Positions 33,388 through 43,714 of a DNA stretch of 64,000 nt are shown piece after piece. The position numbers and the translations under genes are program-made. How positions within the stretch are numbered: the first letter of the stretch is position 1; each line of letters starts with the position of its first letter. Source of the DNA: Bacillota bacterium (lineage in GTDB: Bacteria; Bacillota; Clostridia; Christensenellales; SZUA-584); assembly GCA_023461435.1 (NCBI GenBank), contig JAEYLC010000031.1:23126-87125 (forward strand), written 5' to 3'. Under the pieces are notes generated by a model, which searched no databases, was not told where the DNA came from, and worked only from the letters and a program-made list of their open reading frames with translations.

Positions 33388-34878
33388 TTATATCAAATTT
33401 TTTCCGCCGTGTATATTGTCTTTATCTGTCGGAGCTTGCGGAAGCGGCAAACGGCTCAAAGAAGCCCGGCGGCAGATTTCAACGAACGCGGCATAGGGCT
33501 CTTCCCAGTCGGAGCTGTTTTGAGGAGGGTATTCCTTATAATCGAAGGACCGGCTGGCGATGTCTGCGAAATCTTTAAAAGTAATGACGCCTAAAGCCTT
33601 GAGCTGAACCAACCCGTTGCCTGCGGCGGAGCTGTCGGGAGAACCGCCGATTAAAAGGCGGCCGGTCGCATCGGCTGCAAACCGGCACAGCAGATCGTTA
33701 TTCACGCCGCCTCCAAGCATATAAATGGTATCATATTGCGTTTTGGTGACTGCCTGCAGCTGCTCAAATATCAGCCGATACGTCAGCGCTATGCTTTCCA
33801 GTATGCACCGAACATAATCGCCGATCTCCTCACAAACAGGCTGGCCGGTGGCGCGCAGGAATTGCTGGATCCGCTTGGGCATATTGTCGGTGAGAAAAAA
33901 ATGCTCGCTCAAAGGATCGATGAAGCGCAAAAACGGCTTGGCCCTTTTGGCAAGAGCCACCGATTCCGAGGGAACGATGCCAAACTCCTTTTCGCACTGC
34001 TGCAATATCCAGAGCGCGCTGAAGCTCTTCATAAAACGGTTTTGACCATTGGCCGCACGCTGATTGGTAAAACCCATCAAAAACGCGTCATCCGAGGTGA
34101 TCGTCCGGTCTGTGCATACGCCCATTAAAGACCATGTGCCGCACACGAGAAAAACGGCGTTCGGATCGGGCATGGTTGCCACGGCGGCGGCGGTGTCATG
34201 GCCCGCGCCAGTGATCACCTGCATGCTGCCGGGTAGATCTTCGCATACAGACGGGCCCAGCACCGTGCCCGTCTCGACGACCGGCGGGAGATAGCGGCCG
34301 ATATCGAACGCAGAAAGGATTGAAGCCGACCAGAGGCTGCCCTCGAGCATCATTGAGGTGCTTGCGATTGTCGGTTCCGTTGCCGTCACGCCGGAGAGCA
34401 AATACTGATAATAATCGGGCGTGAACAGCAGCATATCGGCGTCTTTCTGAGTTTGCAGCATTTGCAGCAGCTGCACCAGAGACGCCCCCGAATACGGCTT
34501 TGCGCCGGTCGTTTTGAATATTTTCTCGGAGCTCATTCGCGCGCGGACGAGATCCATGGCTTGTGCGTTGGATGCGTCGCGGTAGTGGCGGATATATCCA
34601 AGCGCGGCGCCGTTGCTGAGTAGCGCGAAATCCTGGCCGAATGAATCGATCGACAAAGAAGCTGCCGAATCGTTCCGGCAGGCATAGCGGACGCCGTGCT
34701 TGATCGCTTCAAACAATCCGGGGGTATCCCAATAGATATGGCCGTCCGCGCTCAAAGGCCGGTTGGGGAAACGGGCGCAATTTTCGGCCTTCAACCGTCT
34801 GCCGTCAAAGCTGCAGCGAAACAGTTTGCCGCTGCTGGCGCCGAGGTCAACGGCGATCGTATGGAGCATCATAGGCAT
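33388..34878 (-). CDS. FGGY-family carbohydrate kinase (rhamnulokinase-like)
   Basis: IAVDLGASSGK at the N-terminus, GAGHDTAAAV, and GGGVNNDLLCRFAADATG near the C-terminus. Confidence 0.85.
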   Translation of the reverse strand: MPMMLHTIAVDLGASSGKLFRCSFDGRRLKAENCARFPNRPLSADGHIYWDTPGLFEAIKHGVRYACRNDSAASLSIDSFGQDFALLSNGAALGYIRHYRDASNAQAMDLVRARMSSEKIFKTTGAKPYSGASLVQLLQMLQTQKDADMLLFTPDYYQYLLSGVTATEPTIASTSMMLEGSLWSASILSAFDIGRYLPPVVETGTVLGPSVCEDLPGSMQVITGAGHDTAAAVATMPDPNAVFLVCGTWSLMGVCTDRTITSDDAFLMGFTNQRAANGQNRFMKSFSALWILQQCEKEFGIVPSESVALAKRAKPFLRFIDPLSEHFFLTDNMPKRIQQFLRATGQPVCEEIGDYVRCILESIALTYRLIFEQLQAVTKTQYDTIYMLGGGVNNDLLCRFAADATGRLLIGGSPDSSAAGNGLVQLKALGVITFKDFADIASRSFDYKEYPPQNSSDWEEPYAAFVEICRRASLSRLPLPQAPTDKDNIHGGKNLI

Positions 34879-34881
34879 ATG

Positions 34882-35535
34882 TCAGGCCAGGCCCTCGCGC
34901 GCCTGACGTTCTTTCTTTTCGTTGAGCTTGCGGATTTCCTCTTCGGTAAAATTGCGTTCACCGCCCAGAAACCTTGCGACAAGCGTCGCGGTGCAGAGCA
35001 GCTCCACGCGCTCGGTTTTATAGAAGGCATCCTGCAGGTTTTTTCCGGCGGTGACGGTGCCGTGGTTGGCCAGAAACATACAGTCATAATCCTTGATCAG
35101 CTTTGCGACGGAATCGGCAAGCTCATATGTCGAGGGAGTGCCGTAATCCGAGCAGGGGATGGGGCCCACAAACGAGAAAATAGAAGGGACCGCGGGGGTC
35201 ATAATGGATTGGCCGGCGATGGCAAAGCCCATGGAAAATGGGGCGTGCGCATGAACAACGGCATGGATATCCGGCCGCGCATGATAGATCGCCAAATGCA
35301 CCTTCGCTTCGGTGGACGGCTTTTTTGCGCCTTCGACCACATTGAAATCGTCGTCGATAATAACGATATCTTCAGGGGTCAAATCGGCCTTGCACATTCT
35401 GGTGGGTGTGATCATATATAGATTGTTGTCAAGGCGGCAGCTGATATTTCCGTCGTTGGCGACGGCCAGCTTATGATCGTACATTCTTTTGCCGATAAGA
35501 CAGATTTCTTCTTTTAATTTTTGCATATCCTGCAT
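34882..35535 (-). CDS. class II aldolase/adducin-domain protein (fuculose/rhamnulose-phosphate aldolase-like)
   Basis: NDGNISCRL, STEAKVHLAIY, AVVHAHAPFS and FLANHGTVTAG. Confidence 0.85.
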   Translation of the reverse strand: MQDMQKLKEEICLIGKRMYDHKLAVANDGNISCRLDNNLYMITPTRMCKADLTPEDIVIIDDDFNVVEGAKKPSTEAKVHLAIYHARPDIHAVVHAHAPFSMGFAIAGQSIMTPAVPSIFSFVGPIPCSDYGTPSTYELADSVAKLIKDYDCMFLANHGTVTAGKNLQDAFYKTERVELLCTATLVARFLGGERNFTEEEIRKLNEKKERQAREGLA

Positions 35536-35572
35536 ATTTCTTTGCTCCTTATTTCGGTGCGCTTATTAGTAT

Positions 35573-36352
35573 TTATCTTGCGCTGTGGCCGCCATCCACA
35601 ATGATCGTTGTGCCGGTGATAAAGCTACCCGAATCAGCAGCGAGGAATATGGCGGCGCCGACGACATCCTGAACTTCGCCGAGCCGGCCGAAAAGGATGT
35701 TGCCTTTGAAGAATGCCTCCTTGGAGGGGTCGGCGTCCATCACGCGCTGTATCATATTCGTTCGGATGTGGGAAGGGGAAATCGTGTTCACGTTGATGTT
35801 ATGCTCAGCCCATTCTGTGGCAAGGCAGCGTGAAAAGGCGACAACACCGCCCTTGCTCGCACAGTAATTCACAGTGCACGGAATACCGACATGGGCGGAA
35901 ATCGAGGCCATATTGATGATTTTGCCGCCGTGGCCCTGCTCAATCATGTGGCGGCCGACATCGCGGCAGAAATGGAATGTACCGTAAAGGTTGACTTTCA
36001 CAACCTTGTCGAAATTTTCTTCGGGCATGTCCTGGGCCTCGTGACGCATGACGATACCGGCTGAATTAAAGAGGATATCAATTGTCCCGAACGCTTCGGC
36101 GATTTGATCGACGGCGGCCGTCACCGCATCGGGCTGCGTGATATCACATTGCACGCCAATGCTTTTGACGCCTTGACTGCGCAGCTCCTGCGATACCCTT
36201 TCCGCGTCCGAACCGTTTATATCCACCACTGCAACGTTGGCGCCAAAGTCGGCAAAGCCGTGACAGACACCCTCGCCAATGCCTGTGCCGCCGCCGACAA
36301 CGATGGCATTGCGGTTGGTCAGGTCAAACAGAGATTTATAATTCATTTCCAT
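35573..36352 (-). CDS. SDR-family oxidoreductase
   Basis: VVGGGTGIGEG (TGxxxGxG), NSAG, and the catalytic Y...K in YCASKGG. GGGAGAGGAAG RBS. Confidence 0.9.
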   Translation of the reverse strand: MEMNYKSLFDLTNRNAIVVGGGTGIGEGVCHGFADFGANVAVVDINGSDAERVSQELRSQGVKSIGVQCDITQPDAVTAAVDQIAEAFGTIDILFNSAGIVMRHEAQDMPEENFDKVVKVNLYGTFHFCRDVGRHMIEQGHGGKIINMASISAHVGIPCTVNYCASKGGVVAFSRCLATEWAEHNINVNTISPSHIRTNMIQRVMDADPSKEAFFKGNILFGRLGEVQDVVGAAIFLAADSGSFITGTTIIVDGGHSAR

Positions 36353-36381
36353 CTTCCTCTCCCAATTCGTATTATGATATA

Positions 36382-36409
36382 ATCATAGCACCGAATAAAC
36401 TGTTGTCAA
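36382..36409 (-). promoter_or_regulatory. minus-strand promoter TTGACA-16-TATGAT for the SDR/aldolase/kinase operon
   Basis: Read on the minus strand: CTATTGACAacagtttattcggtgcTATGATtatatCATAATACgaa. The leader contains a half-site, CATAATAC, shared with the 30.2-kb operators. Confidence 0.55.
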
Positions 36410-36519
36410 TAGGGTCACCGACCGCATTTTTGAATAAAAAAATGAAATATAGACCAGAAAAAGGTTAAAATGACCGTTCAGATCGCAGATAATTTACAAA
36501 AAGCTTTTAAAATGCATTG

Positions 36520-36548
36520 TTGACAAGCGAAAATGCGGAGTGTAAAAT
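36520..36548 (+). promoter_or_regulatory. strong sigma-70 promoter TTGACA-17-TAAAAT for the 36.7-47.2 kb operon
   Basis: TTGACA at 36520-25, a 17-nt spacer ending in TG, then TAAAAT at 36543-48. A leader of about 160 nt follows and contains GTATTACATATTATAA (36563-78), which resembles the 30.2-kb operator. Confidence 0.7.
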
Positions 36549-36712
36549 GAATACGTTAAAAGGTATTACATATTATAAACATATCAAATCGAATCTGACC
36601 GAGTTGATATCAGGCCGAAATACTTTTCGGCATTATCAATGGCCGATGAATGGATTGGAATGATGAAAATATCAGACCGAGGTAAAGATAATATCTGGAG
36701 GTAGGGTCAGTA

Positions 36713-37735
36713 ATGAAAGCAATCGTATTTCATGCGCCAAAAACGATAAGCATCGAAGAAGTGCCAATGCCGGAGTATAAGCGGGACGAGGCGTTGATCA
36801 AAGTGAAGCAGGTGGGCATCTGCGGCGGCGACGTGCACTTTTATGACGGTTCACAGCCGTATGCCAACTATCCGCAGATCTACGGCCACGAAATGGTCGG
36901 GACGATCGAGGCGCTGCCCGGGGGTAACGGGGGCGGCTTTAAAGTGGGGGACCTTGTCGTCTCCGAAATACTCAGCCCGTGCGGTACATGCTATCCGTGC
37001 CGCCACGGCAAGCCGAACTGCTGCGCGGACTTAAAGGTGATCGGCGCGCATACGCAAGGGGCTTTTGCCGAATATGCGGTCTATCCGATTAAGAATCTGC
37101 ATAAGGTGCCGGACAACGTCAGTATTGACTCGGCTGTGCTCGTGGAGCCGTATACGATCGGATATCACTGCGTGCAACGTTCGGAGATCGTGGACGGGGA
37201 AACGGCGCTCGTGATCGGCGCGGGCGCGATCGGCCTCACGATCGTGGATATATTGAGAACGAAAAACGTGCGCGTGATCGCCGCAGACTTGTCCGATTAC
37301 CGCCTGAGCAAAGCATCGGCGATGGGGGCGGACGTCGTGATCAATTCGGGCCGGGAAGACCTGCTTAAGCGTGTGCTGGAGCTCACGGACGGAGAGGGCG
37401 CCGGTGTTGTTTTTGAAGCGACAGGCGTGAGCGCCATCATGAGCATGACGCAGGATCTCGTTGCGGCGGGCGGCATGATTGTGATCGTCGGCCTCACGAC
37501 CAAGGATGTGTCGTTCCATGGCCTGAATTTCACAAAGCGCGAGATGACGATACACGGGTCGCGCAATTCCGTGGGCGCGTTCGCGCCGGTGCTCAAGCTG
37601 ATGAGTGAGGGCAGGCTTCACGAAAAAGAGCTGCTCACCAAGAAGATCGCTTTTGACGACGCGGTTGAGGGCTTCCGTTATGTGACGGAGAACCTGGCGT
37701 CTGAAGGTAAGGTTGTCATTGAAGTCAATGTCTAA
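36713..37735 (+). CDS. zinc-dependent alcohol/polyol dehydrogenase (MDR family)
   Basis: GICGGDVHFY, GHEMVGTI, the structural-zinc CGTCYPCRHGKPNCC, and the Rossmann VIGAGAIGL. Confidence 0.9.
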   Translation: MKAIVFHAPKTISIEEVPMPEYKRDEALIKVKQVGICGGDVHFYDGSQPYANYPQIYGHEMVGTIEALPGGNGGGFKVGDLVVSEILSPCGTCYPCRHGKPNCCADLKVIGAHTQGAFAEYAVYPIKNLHKVPDNVSIDSAVLVEPYTIGYHCVQRSEIVDGETALVIGAGAIGLTIVDILRTKNVRVIAADLSDYRLSKASAMGADVVINSGREDLLKRVLELTDGEGAGVVFEATGVSAIMSMTQDLVAAGGMIVIVGLTTKDVSFHGLNFTKREMTIHGSRNSVGAFAPVLKLMSEGRLHEKELLTKKIAFDDAVEGFRYVTENLASEGKVVIEVNV

Positions 37736-37756
37736 AACAAAAGGAGATGCCAAACC

Positions 37757-38596
37757 ATGATGAAACCATCGTTATTTGTCGCCACGCCGGAGTTTCCGGC
37801 AGATTCGCAGTACGTCCACCTCTACAGAGACTGTGTGGACCTCAACATCAAGCGCGCCGCCGAGCAGGGATTTGAAGCGGTGGAATTCCTCATCAACGAT
37901 CCTGACGAGTGCGATGTGGCGCTGCTCGAAAAGGCGATCGCCGACAACGGCATCGATCTTGCCTGCCTCAATACGGGTTATATTGCGTCTGTGCTGAAAT
38001 ATACGCTCATTTCGCCTGACAAGGCGGTCATGGAAAAGGCCATGCAAAAGCTCAAGAAGTGCATCGATATCGCCGAGAGGATGCATTGCTTCGTGGGCGT
38101 CGGGCTGTTCCGCGGCGCGTGCATACCGGACAAGCCGATTCGGTATTCGCGCGATCTGTTGGTGGACGTGCTCAAAGAGGCGACAGCCTACGCCAAGGCA
38201 AAGAAGGTCGATCTTTCTTTCGAAGCCACCAACCGCTTTGAAATCAATTTCATCAACACTACGGCGGAGGGCCTCGATATCGTCGAGCGCGTGGGCGCGG
38301 ACAACCTTGGCATGACGCTCGATTTGTTCCACATCTATCTCGAAGACCGCAACATGTATGAGGCCATCGCGATGGCCAAGGGCCATATCCGGCATATGCA
38401 TTTCAGCGATTCCGACCGGTGGCCCGCGGGCTTTTCGCACGGCGAGATTGATTTCCCCGGGCTGATTCAGCTCCTGCATGCGCTGGGCTTCGACGGATAT
38501 CTCTCCGAAGGTCTGGTTCGCGCGGATAACGCGGATGAATGTGCGCGCGTCACGGCGGCTTACCTTAAAGACCTGATTCGCAAGTATACAATTTAA
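37757..38596 (+). CDS. sugar-phosphate isomerase/epimerase (xylose-isomerase-like TIM barrel)
   Basis: 279 aa with FEAVEF, LSFEATNRFE, LDLFHIYLED and HMHFSD, the metal ligands typical of this fold. Confidence 0.8.
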   Translation: MMKPSLFVATPEFPADSQYVHLYRDCVDLNIKRAAEQGFEAVEFLINDPDECDVALLEKAIADNGIDLACLNTGYIASVLKYTLISPDKAVMEKAMQKLKKCIDIAERMHCFVGVGLFRGACIPDKPIRYSRDLLVDVLKEATAYAKAKKVDLSFEATNRFEINFINTTAEGLDIVERVGADNLGMTLDLFHIYLEDRNMYEAIAMAKGHIRHMHFSDSDRWPAGFSHGEIDFPGLIQLLHALGFDGYLSEGLVRADNADECARVTAAYLKDLIRKYTI

Positions 38597-38609
38597 TGCA
38601 GCGGAATGC

Positions 38610-38632
38610 GGGCTGTGCAATGCGCACAGCCC
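38610..38632 (+). other. GC-rich stem-loop without U-tract (possible attenuator or processing barrier inside the operon)
   Basis: GGGCTGTGC-aatgc-GCACAGCCC, a 9-bp perfect stem 14 nt after the stop at 38596. Confidence 0.4.
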
Positions 38633-38933
38633 CTCGGCCCGGAGATTGTGAAAAAATAAACATATGACGTATAGCTTGATTTTCAAGGGGTGCTCCTGCC
38701 CATATACATCATATGTTTGGCAAACTTGCGGATAAAAAAGGAAGCATCTGTTTGAAGTTCATATAGAGGCGTTGTTATGGTAATTTAATGAAAAACGCCG
38801 GTTTAATCGTTAGAAACCAAACTTTTTGTTGACAATGTGCTCGATATGTGGTTTATTATCCTTGCAACAGCAAATGCGGAATCATATAACGTATCTATAA
38901 ATCAGCCAATACCTTGGAAGTGAGATACATCAT

Positions 38934-40835
38934 ATGTTTATAAACGAAATTCAAAAAAACAAATGGATAGGTGTCGAAGAAACATCGGACAAGCCGCTCA
39001 AATTACGTGCAGGTAAACTGAGTGTGGATTTCGTTTCCGGTCGGCTCACCAATATCTCATTGGGCGGAAAAAACGTCGTTGACGAAGTTTATTTTGCGCT
39101 GCGCGATTACAACTGGGGCACCATTCCTTACCGCATAGAGAATTTTGTCATTGTCGAGCAGGCGGACGCGTTCACAATCTCGTTTACCGCGGTCCACGAT
39201 CAGGACGCCATGCAGCTGATATGGCAGGCGACGATCACCGGGAGCGCCGATTCCGTTGTCACATACGCGTTTGACGGCACCGCAGGCTCCGATTTTATGA
39301 AAAACCGTATCGGTTTTTGCGTGCTCCATCCGGCGTCCTGCGGCGGCGTGGCGTGCGATGTCGAGCATTTCGACGCGGAAGCCGAAAAAGGCAGTTTTCC
39401 CATGGGGATCTCTCCGCACCAGCCGTTTTTTGATATCAAAGCCATCACGCACTACCCGGCTCAGGGTGTTTCCGTCCGTGTCGGTTTTGAAGGCGACGTG
39501 TTTGAAATGGAAGACCAGAGGAACTGGACCGACGCGTCGTTCAAAACCTATTGCACGCCGCTGGCGCTGCCATTTCCGGCGCCGGTTAAAAAGGGCGACA
39601 GATTCCATCAGGCCGTGGCCATATCTCTGAAAGCAGAGTCTGACGTGAAAGACGCGAATGCGTCTGATGGCGAAACAGCTTTTTCTCTGAGTGGCGCAGA
39701 CGTTAAAAAGGGCGGCGGCTTTGCATTGGGCAGCTGCATCACGCGCCCGCTTACGGATCTGCAGCTGCAGCGCATCAAAAGCCTTAAACTGTCACAGCTG
39801 CGCTATGATTTTCATTTTGACGATTCCGAGGATACAGAAAAAATATTCGAACAGGCCCGCGTGCTTGGGCTGCCGGCCCAGCTGGCCGTGTTCTTCACGG
39901 AAAGCTGGCAGACGGAGCTTAAGACGCTGAGGACCGTTGTCAGCGAGTATGAGCACGACCTCATGGGTATTGCCGTATTCGCGCAGGGCGTGAAGGTGGT
40001 TTCAAAAGAGCTGCTCGCCGCGGTTCGCGAAGCGCTTGACGGCTGCGCCGTTCCCATCGGGTCCGGCACCGACGCTTTCTTTACGCAGATCAACCGCGAG
40101 CGTTTGCCCGAGAGGCTGCTCGATTTTGTGACCTACTCAACCAATCCGCAGGTGCACGCGTTTGACAACGCATCCATCATGTCCACGGTGGAGGGGCAGG
40201 CGGCAACCGTTTTGAGCTGTGCGGGTATGTATCCTCATCTGCAGGTATGGATATCTCCCGTATCTTTGAAAATGCGGTGGAACCCGGACGCGACGGGAAA
40301 GGATATCGTCAAAAAGGGTCAGGCTCCGCGCGATGCGGACGAGAGGCAGATGTCGCTGTTTGCCGCTTCGTGGTTTCTGCGTTCGGCCGCCTCAGCAATT
40401 CTCAGCGGCGCGGCCGGGGCCAACTATTTTGAGCTCGTCGGCTGCAAAGGGATCATGGAGGAAGCAGCACCCGGCCGGGATTACGCGTTTCCCTCCGTAC
40501 CCGACATGCTGTTTCCGCTCTATTACGCATTTTACGCGCTGCGCGGTTTGAACACATTCGGCATATCGGCTGCGTTGACGGCCGGCGCCACGGTCATCGT
40601 CCTCAAAAATGCGGACAGGACACGGCTCATAGCGGCAAACGCCAGGGATGAGGCTGTGACGGTGCGGCTCACAGACGCACCGCCGTCGATGCGCGGGATC
40701 ATGCTCGACGAAGACAGTGTGGCTGTGCTCGCGCAGCGGGAACTGTTTTCAGCCGATGATGACAGCTGGAAAACCTACAATCTAAATGGAGAGATCCGAT
40801 TGAAGCCTTACTCCATTTTCATTGCAGAATTATAA
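38934..40835 (+). CDS. hypothetical two-domain protein (633 aa), no family recognised
   Basis: Long ORF with normal codon use, embedded between catabolic genes. The N-terminal roughly 240 aa look beta-rich (VDFVSGRLTNISLGG..., FEMEDQRNWTDASFKTY). The C-terminal roughly 380 aa alternate beta and alpha segments like a barrel. I recognise no motif. Confidence 0.7.
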   Translation: MFINEIQKNKWIGVEETSDKPLKLRAGKLSVDFVSGRLTNISLGGKNVVDEVYFALRDYNWGTIPYRIENFVIVEQADAFTISFTAVHDQDAMQLIWQATITGSADSVVTYAFDGTAGSDFMKNRIGFCVLHPASCGGVACDVEHFDAEAEKGSFPMGISPHQPFFDIKAITHYPAQGVSVRVGFEGDVFEMEDQRNWTDASFKTYCTPLALPFPAPVKKGDRFHQAVAISLKAESDVKDANASDGETAFSLSGADVKKGGGFALGSCITRPLTDLQLQRIKSLKLSQLRYDFHFDDSEDTEKIFEQARVLGLPAQLAVFFTESWQTELKTLRTVVSEYEHDLMGIAVFAQGVKVVSKELLAAVREALDGCAVPIGSGTDAFFTQINRERLPERLLDFVTYSTNPQVHAFDNASIMSTVEGQAATVLSCAGMYPHLQVWISPVSLKMRWNPDATGKDIVKKGQAPRDADERQMSLFAASWFLRSAASAILSGAAGANYFELVGCKGIMEEAAPGRDYAFPSVPDMLFPLYYAFYALRGLNTFGISAALTAGATVIVLKNADRTRLIAANARDEAVTVRLTDAPPSMRGIMLDEDSVAVLAQRELFSADDDSWKTYNLNGEIRLKPYSIFIAEL

Positions 40836-40860
40836 TCACAGCCAAAGGAGAGCGATTGCG

Positions 40861-41721
40861 ATGAAAAAGAAAGTGGTCCTGCTGGGTGCAGGCGGAAAGA
40901 TGGGGTGCCGTGTCACGGCCAACATCAAAGACGAAAAAGATTATGATATCTCTTACGTGGAGATCAGCGAAGCCGGAAAGCAGCGTTTAAAAGATACTTT
41001 CGGTATCGAAGCGACAGGCAGCTACGAGCCGGTCGGCGTTGCCGATACCGTGATATTCGCGGTTCCCGATATTCTGATTCAAAGAGTTTCGAAGCAGATC
41101 ATACCGCTTATGAAAAGCGGCGCGACGGTGATCGGCCTTGACCCGGCGGCGCATTACGGCAAAGTCATGATGATGCGCGACGATCTTAAATATTTTGTGG
41201 TGCACCCGTGCCATCCGCCGCTTTTTGCCTTCGAGGATAACCTGAGCCTTGCGGCCCAGAAGGATTGGTTCGGCGGCGTGGGCGCGGCTCAGATGGATCT
41301 GGTTTGCGCTATGCATCAGGGCGGCGACGCCGATTATGCAGAAAACGAAGCGTTTGCGTGCATCATGTTCAAACCGATCAGGAAATCCTACCGTCTGAGC
41401 ATCGATCAAATGATCATGCTTGAGCCCGCGCTTGTCGAGTCGATCACGGCGCCGCTCGTGAAGGGCATGCGGATGGCGGTGGACGCCTGCGTGGAGCAGG
41501 GCGTGCCGAGGGACGCGGTGCTGGCGTTCGTGATGGGTCATCTCAAGGTTCAGTTCGGCGTGCTGTTCGATTTTGCGGGCTTCCCGTTCTCGGACGGCGC
41601 CAACCTCGCACTCAAAAACGCGATGGACGTGATATTTAAGCCGGGCTGGATAGAAAATATCATGAGTCGGCAGGCGGTTGATCAAAGCGTTTATGAGATC
41701 ACGCACGAGATCAGCAAGTGA
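40861..41721 (+). CDS. NAD(P)-binding dehydrogenase-like protein (semialdehyde-DH NAD-binding N-terminus with a phosphogluconate-DH C-terminal-like domain)
   Basis: ORF 40822-41721. ATG 40861 lies 8 nt after AAAGGAGAG. Rossmann motif KVVLLGAGGKMG. The assignment of the remainder is from memory of similar 300-aa Firmicute proteins. Confidence 0.6.
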   Translation: MKKKVVLLGAGGKMGCRVTANIKDEKDYDISYVEISEAGKQRLKDTFGIEATGSYEPVGVADTVIFAVPDILIQRVSKQIIPLMKSGATVIGLDPAAHYGKVMMMRDDLKYFVVHPCHPPLFAFEDNLSLAAQKDWFGGVGAAQMDLVCAMHQGGDADYAENEAFACIMFKPIRKSYRLSIDQMIMLEPALVESITAPLVKGMRMAVDACVEQGVPRDAVLAFVMGHLKVQFGVLFDFAGFPFSDGANLALKNAMDVIFKPGWIENIMSRQAVDQSVYEITHEISK

Positions 41722-41722
41722 T

Positions 41723-42544
41723 ATGAACAGCACAAGAATTGGGATCAGCTCATTTTCATATTCCTTCGCGGTCGGATATCCGGGCTTCGAGCCGAAAAAA
41801 CCGCTGAGCGCCTTTGGTCTCGTGAACAAAGCGGCGGCGCTCAAGGTGCCCGTTTTGCAGATCGCGGACAATTGTCCGCTGGATAGGCTGACTTCAGCCG
41901 AACTGGCAGAGCTCAGCGCCCATGCCAAAGAGCTCGGCATTGAGATTGAGGCCGGAACGCGCGGCATCGAAACCGACAATCTTAAGAAATACATCGGGAT
42001 TGCAAAGATGTTGGATGCCAGACTGCTGCGGGTGGTTATCGATACGGCGTGGCATAAGCCGGATTTCGCGGAGATCGTCGGGCTGCTTAAAAAAGTGCTG
42101 CCGGACCTTGAAGGCAACGGCATTGTGCTTGGCATTGAGAACCATGACCGCTTCAAAGCGCAGGTATTCGCGGATATCGTCGAGGCGGTGCAGAGCCCCT
42201 GGGTGGGAATCGTGCTTGATACGGTGAATTCCTTTGCCTGTGAAGAGAATACGCAGCAGGTGATGGACGTGCTCGCAAAGCACACGGTCAATTTCCATGT
42301 GAAGGACTTTAAGATCGAACGCGTCAGCAACAATATGGGGCTGCTCGTGACGGGGACCCCTGCCGGTGAAGGGTTTCTCAATATCCCCGGGATGGAAAAA
42401 CAGCTGCAGGCGCAGGCCTGCGGCGACTACAGCTCCATTTTGGAGCTGTGGATGGCGCCCGAGTCCGATTTGGACGAGACGCTTCAAAAAGAAGATCGCT
42501 GGGTGAAGGAGAGTGTCGCGTATTTAAAGCAGATACTCGATTGA
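41723..42544 (+). CDS. sugar-phosphate isomerase/epimerase (xylose-isomerase-like TIM barrel)
   Basis: ORF 41678-42544. ATG 41723 begins two nucleotides after the upstream stop (GTGATATG). It has LGIENHDRF, LDTVNSF and NFHVKD. Confidence 0.75.
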   Translation: MNSTRIGISSFSYSFAVGYPGFEPKKPLSAFGLVNKAAALKVPVLQIADNCPLDRLTSAELAELSAHAKELGIEIEAGTRGIETDNLKKYIGIAKMLDARLLRVVIDTAWHKPDFAEIVGLLKKVLPDLEGNGIVLGIENHDRFKAQVFADIVEAVQSPWVGIVLDTVNSFACEENTQQVMDVLAKHTVNFHVKDFKIERVSNNMGLLVTGTPAGEGFLNIPGMEKQLQAQACGDYSSILELWMAPESDLDETLQKEDRWVKESVAYLKQILD

Positions 42545-42577
42545 TCCCGGATCGCAATAAAAGAGGAGGAAAAAAAG

Positions 42578-43714
42578 ATGACTAAAAAACTGATTACTCT
42601 GGTAATCACCCTTGTTATGGCGGCAAGTTTATTTGCTGGCTGCAGCAGCGCTCCGAGCGAAGAATCGGCATCGAGCACACCGCAGCCCTCACAAGAGGCT
42701 GTGTCTGAATCACCGTCTGCAGCGCCTTCGGAAGAGGCGACGCCTTCGGAAGAGGCATCAGCGGAAAGCACGATCCCGACAGGAGATTGGGTAATCGGAC
42801 TGTCCAACTCCTACTATGGCAACACATGGCGCAAGCAGATGGTTGAATCCTTCACCAAGGTTGCCGAGGAAGCCAAAGCGGCGGGCTATATCAAGGATTA
42901 TGAGATCCAGAACGGCGACGGCTCCGTGAACGCTCAGATCGCTCAGATCAACAGCTTCATTCTCGAAGGCGTCGATGCGATCTGCATTAATGCGGCATCC
43001 GCGACAGCTCTCAACAGCGTGATCGACAAAGCGGTGCAGGCCGGCATTCCGGTTATCGCGTTTGACTCCACGGTGGAAGATGAGAATGCATACTGCATGG
43101 ATTTCGACTTCAGCAACTACTACTATCAGATGGGCGACTACATTGCCAAGAACGCGGGTTATAAGGGCAATGTCGTTGTCGTGCGCGGCGTGTCCGGTTC
43201 GGCTCCCGAAGAGATGATCAATGACGCTTACGCGAAGGTTATTGAAGAGCATCCCGACTTAAAGGTCATTGCGACAGTGCTTGGCGAAGCCGACTCCACA
43301 GTGGCACAGGAAGAGTTCACAAAGATACTCCCGAGCCTTGACAAGGTGGATTTGATATTCAACCAGGGCGGCGACACCTATGGCATCATCCAGGCGTTTG
43401 AGCAGGCCAATATGGAAGTTCCGCCGATGTCGGGCGACAATTCGGCTGAATTCATCAACTGGTGGCTCCAGCAGGAAAACTACGACACACTGAGCCTTCG
43501 TGCGGCACCGGCTTGCGGTTCTGCGGCATTCTGGACAGCATTGGATATTCTCAATGGTCAGGATGTTCCCAAGAAGATGAATCTCGCTCTTTCCGTGATC
43601 ACCCGTGACATGGCCGACCAGTTCAAAGACATGGAAGCCGGTTCAATCGCCGGTGCGGACTGGACGAACGATCAGGTGATGGAACAGATCATCGTTCCCT
43701 CAAGAGCTGAATAA
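42578..43714 (+). CDS. ABC transporter substrate-binding lipoprotein (type I PBP fold)
   Basis: Signal peptide with lipobox FAGC and a Ser/Pro/Glu/Ala linker, followed by IGLSNSYYGNTWR, DAICINAASA and IPVIAFDS. Confidence 0.85.
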   Translation: MTKKLITLVITLVMAASLFAGCSSAPSEESASSTPQPSQEAVSESPSAAPSEEATPSEEASAESTIPTGDWVIGLSNSYYGNTWRKQMVESFTKVAEEAKAAGYIKDYEIQNGDGSVNAQIAQINSFILEGVDAICINAASATALNSVIDKAVQAGIPVIAFDSTVEDENAYCMDFDFSNYYYQMGDYIAKNAGYKGNVVVVRGVSGSAPEEMINDAYAKVIEEHPDLKVIATVLGEADSTVAQEEFTKILPSLDKVDLIFNQGGDTYGIIQAFEQANMEVPPMSGDNSAEFINWWLQQENYDTLSLRAAPACGSAAFWTALDILNGQDVPKKMNLALSVITRDMADQFKDMEAGSIAGADWTNDQVMEQIIVPSRAE

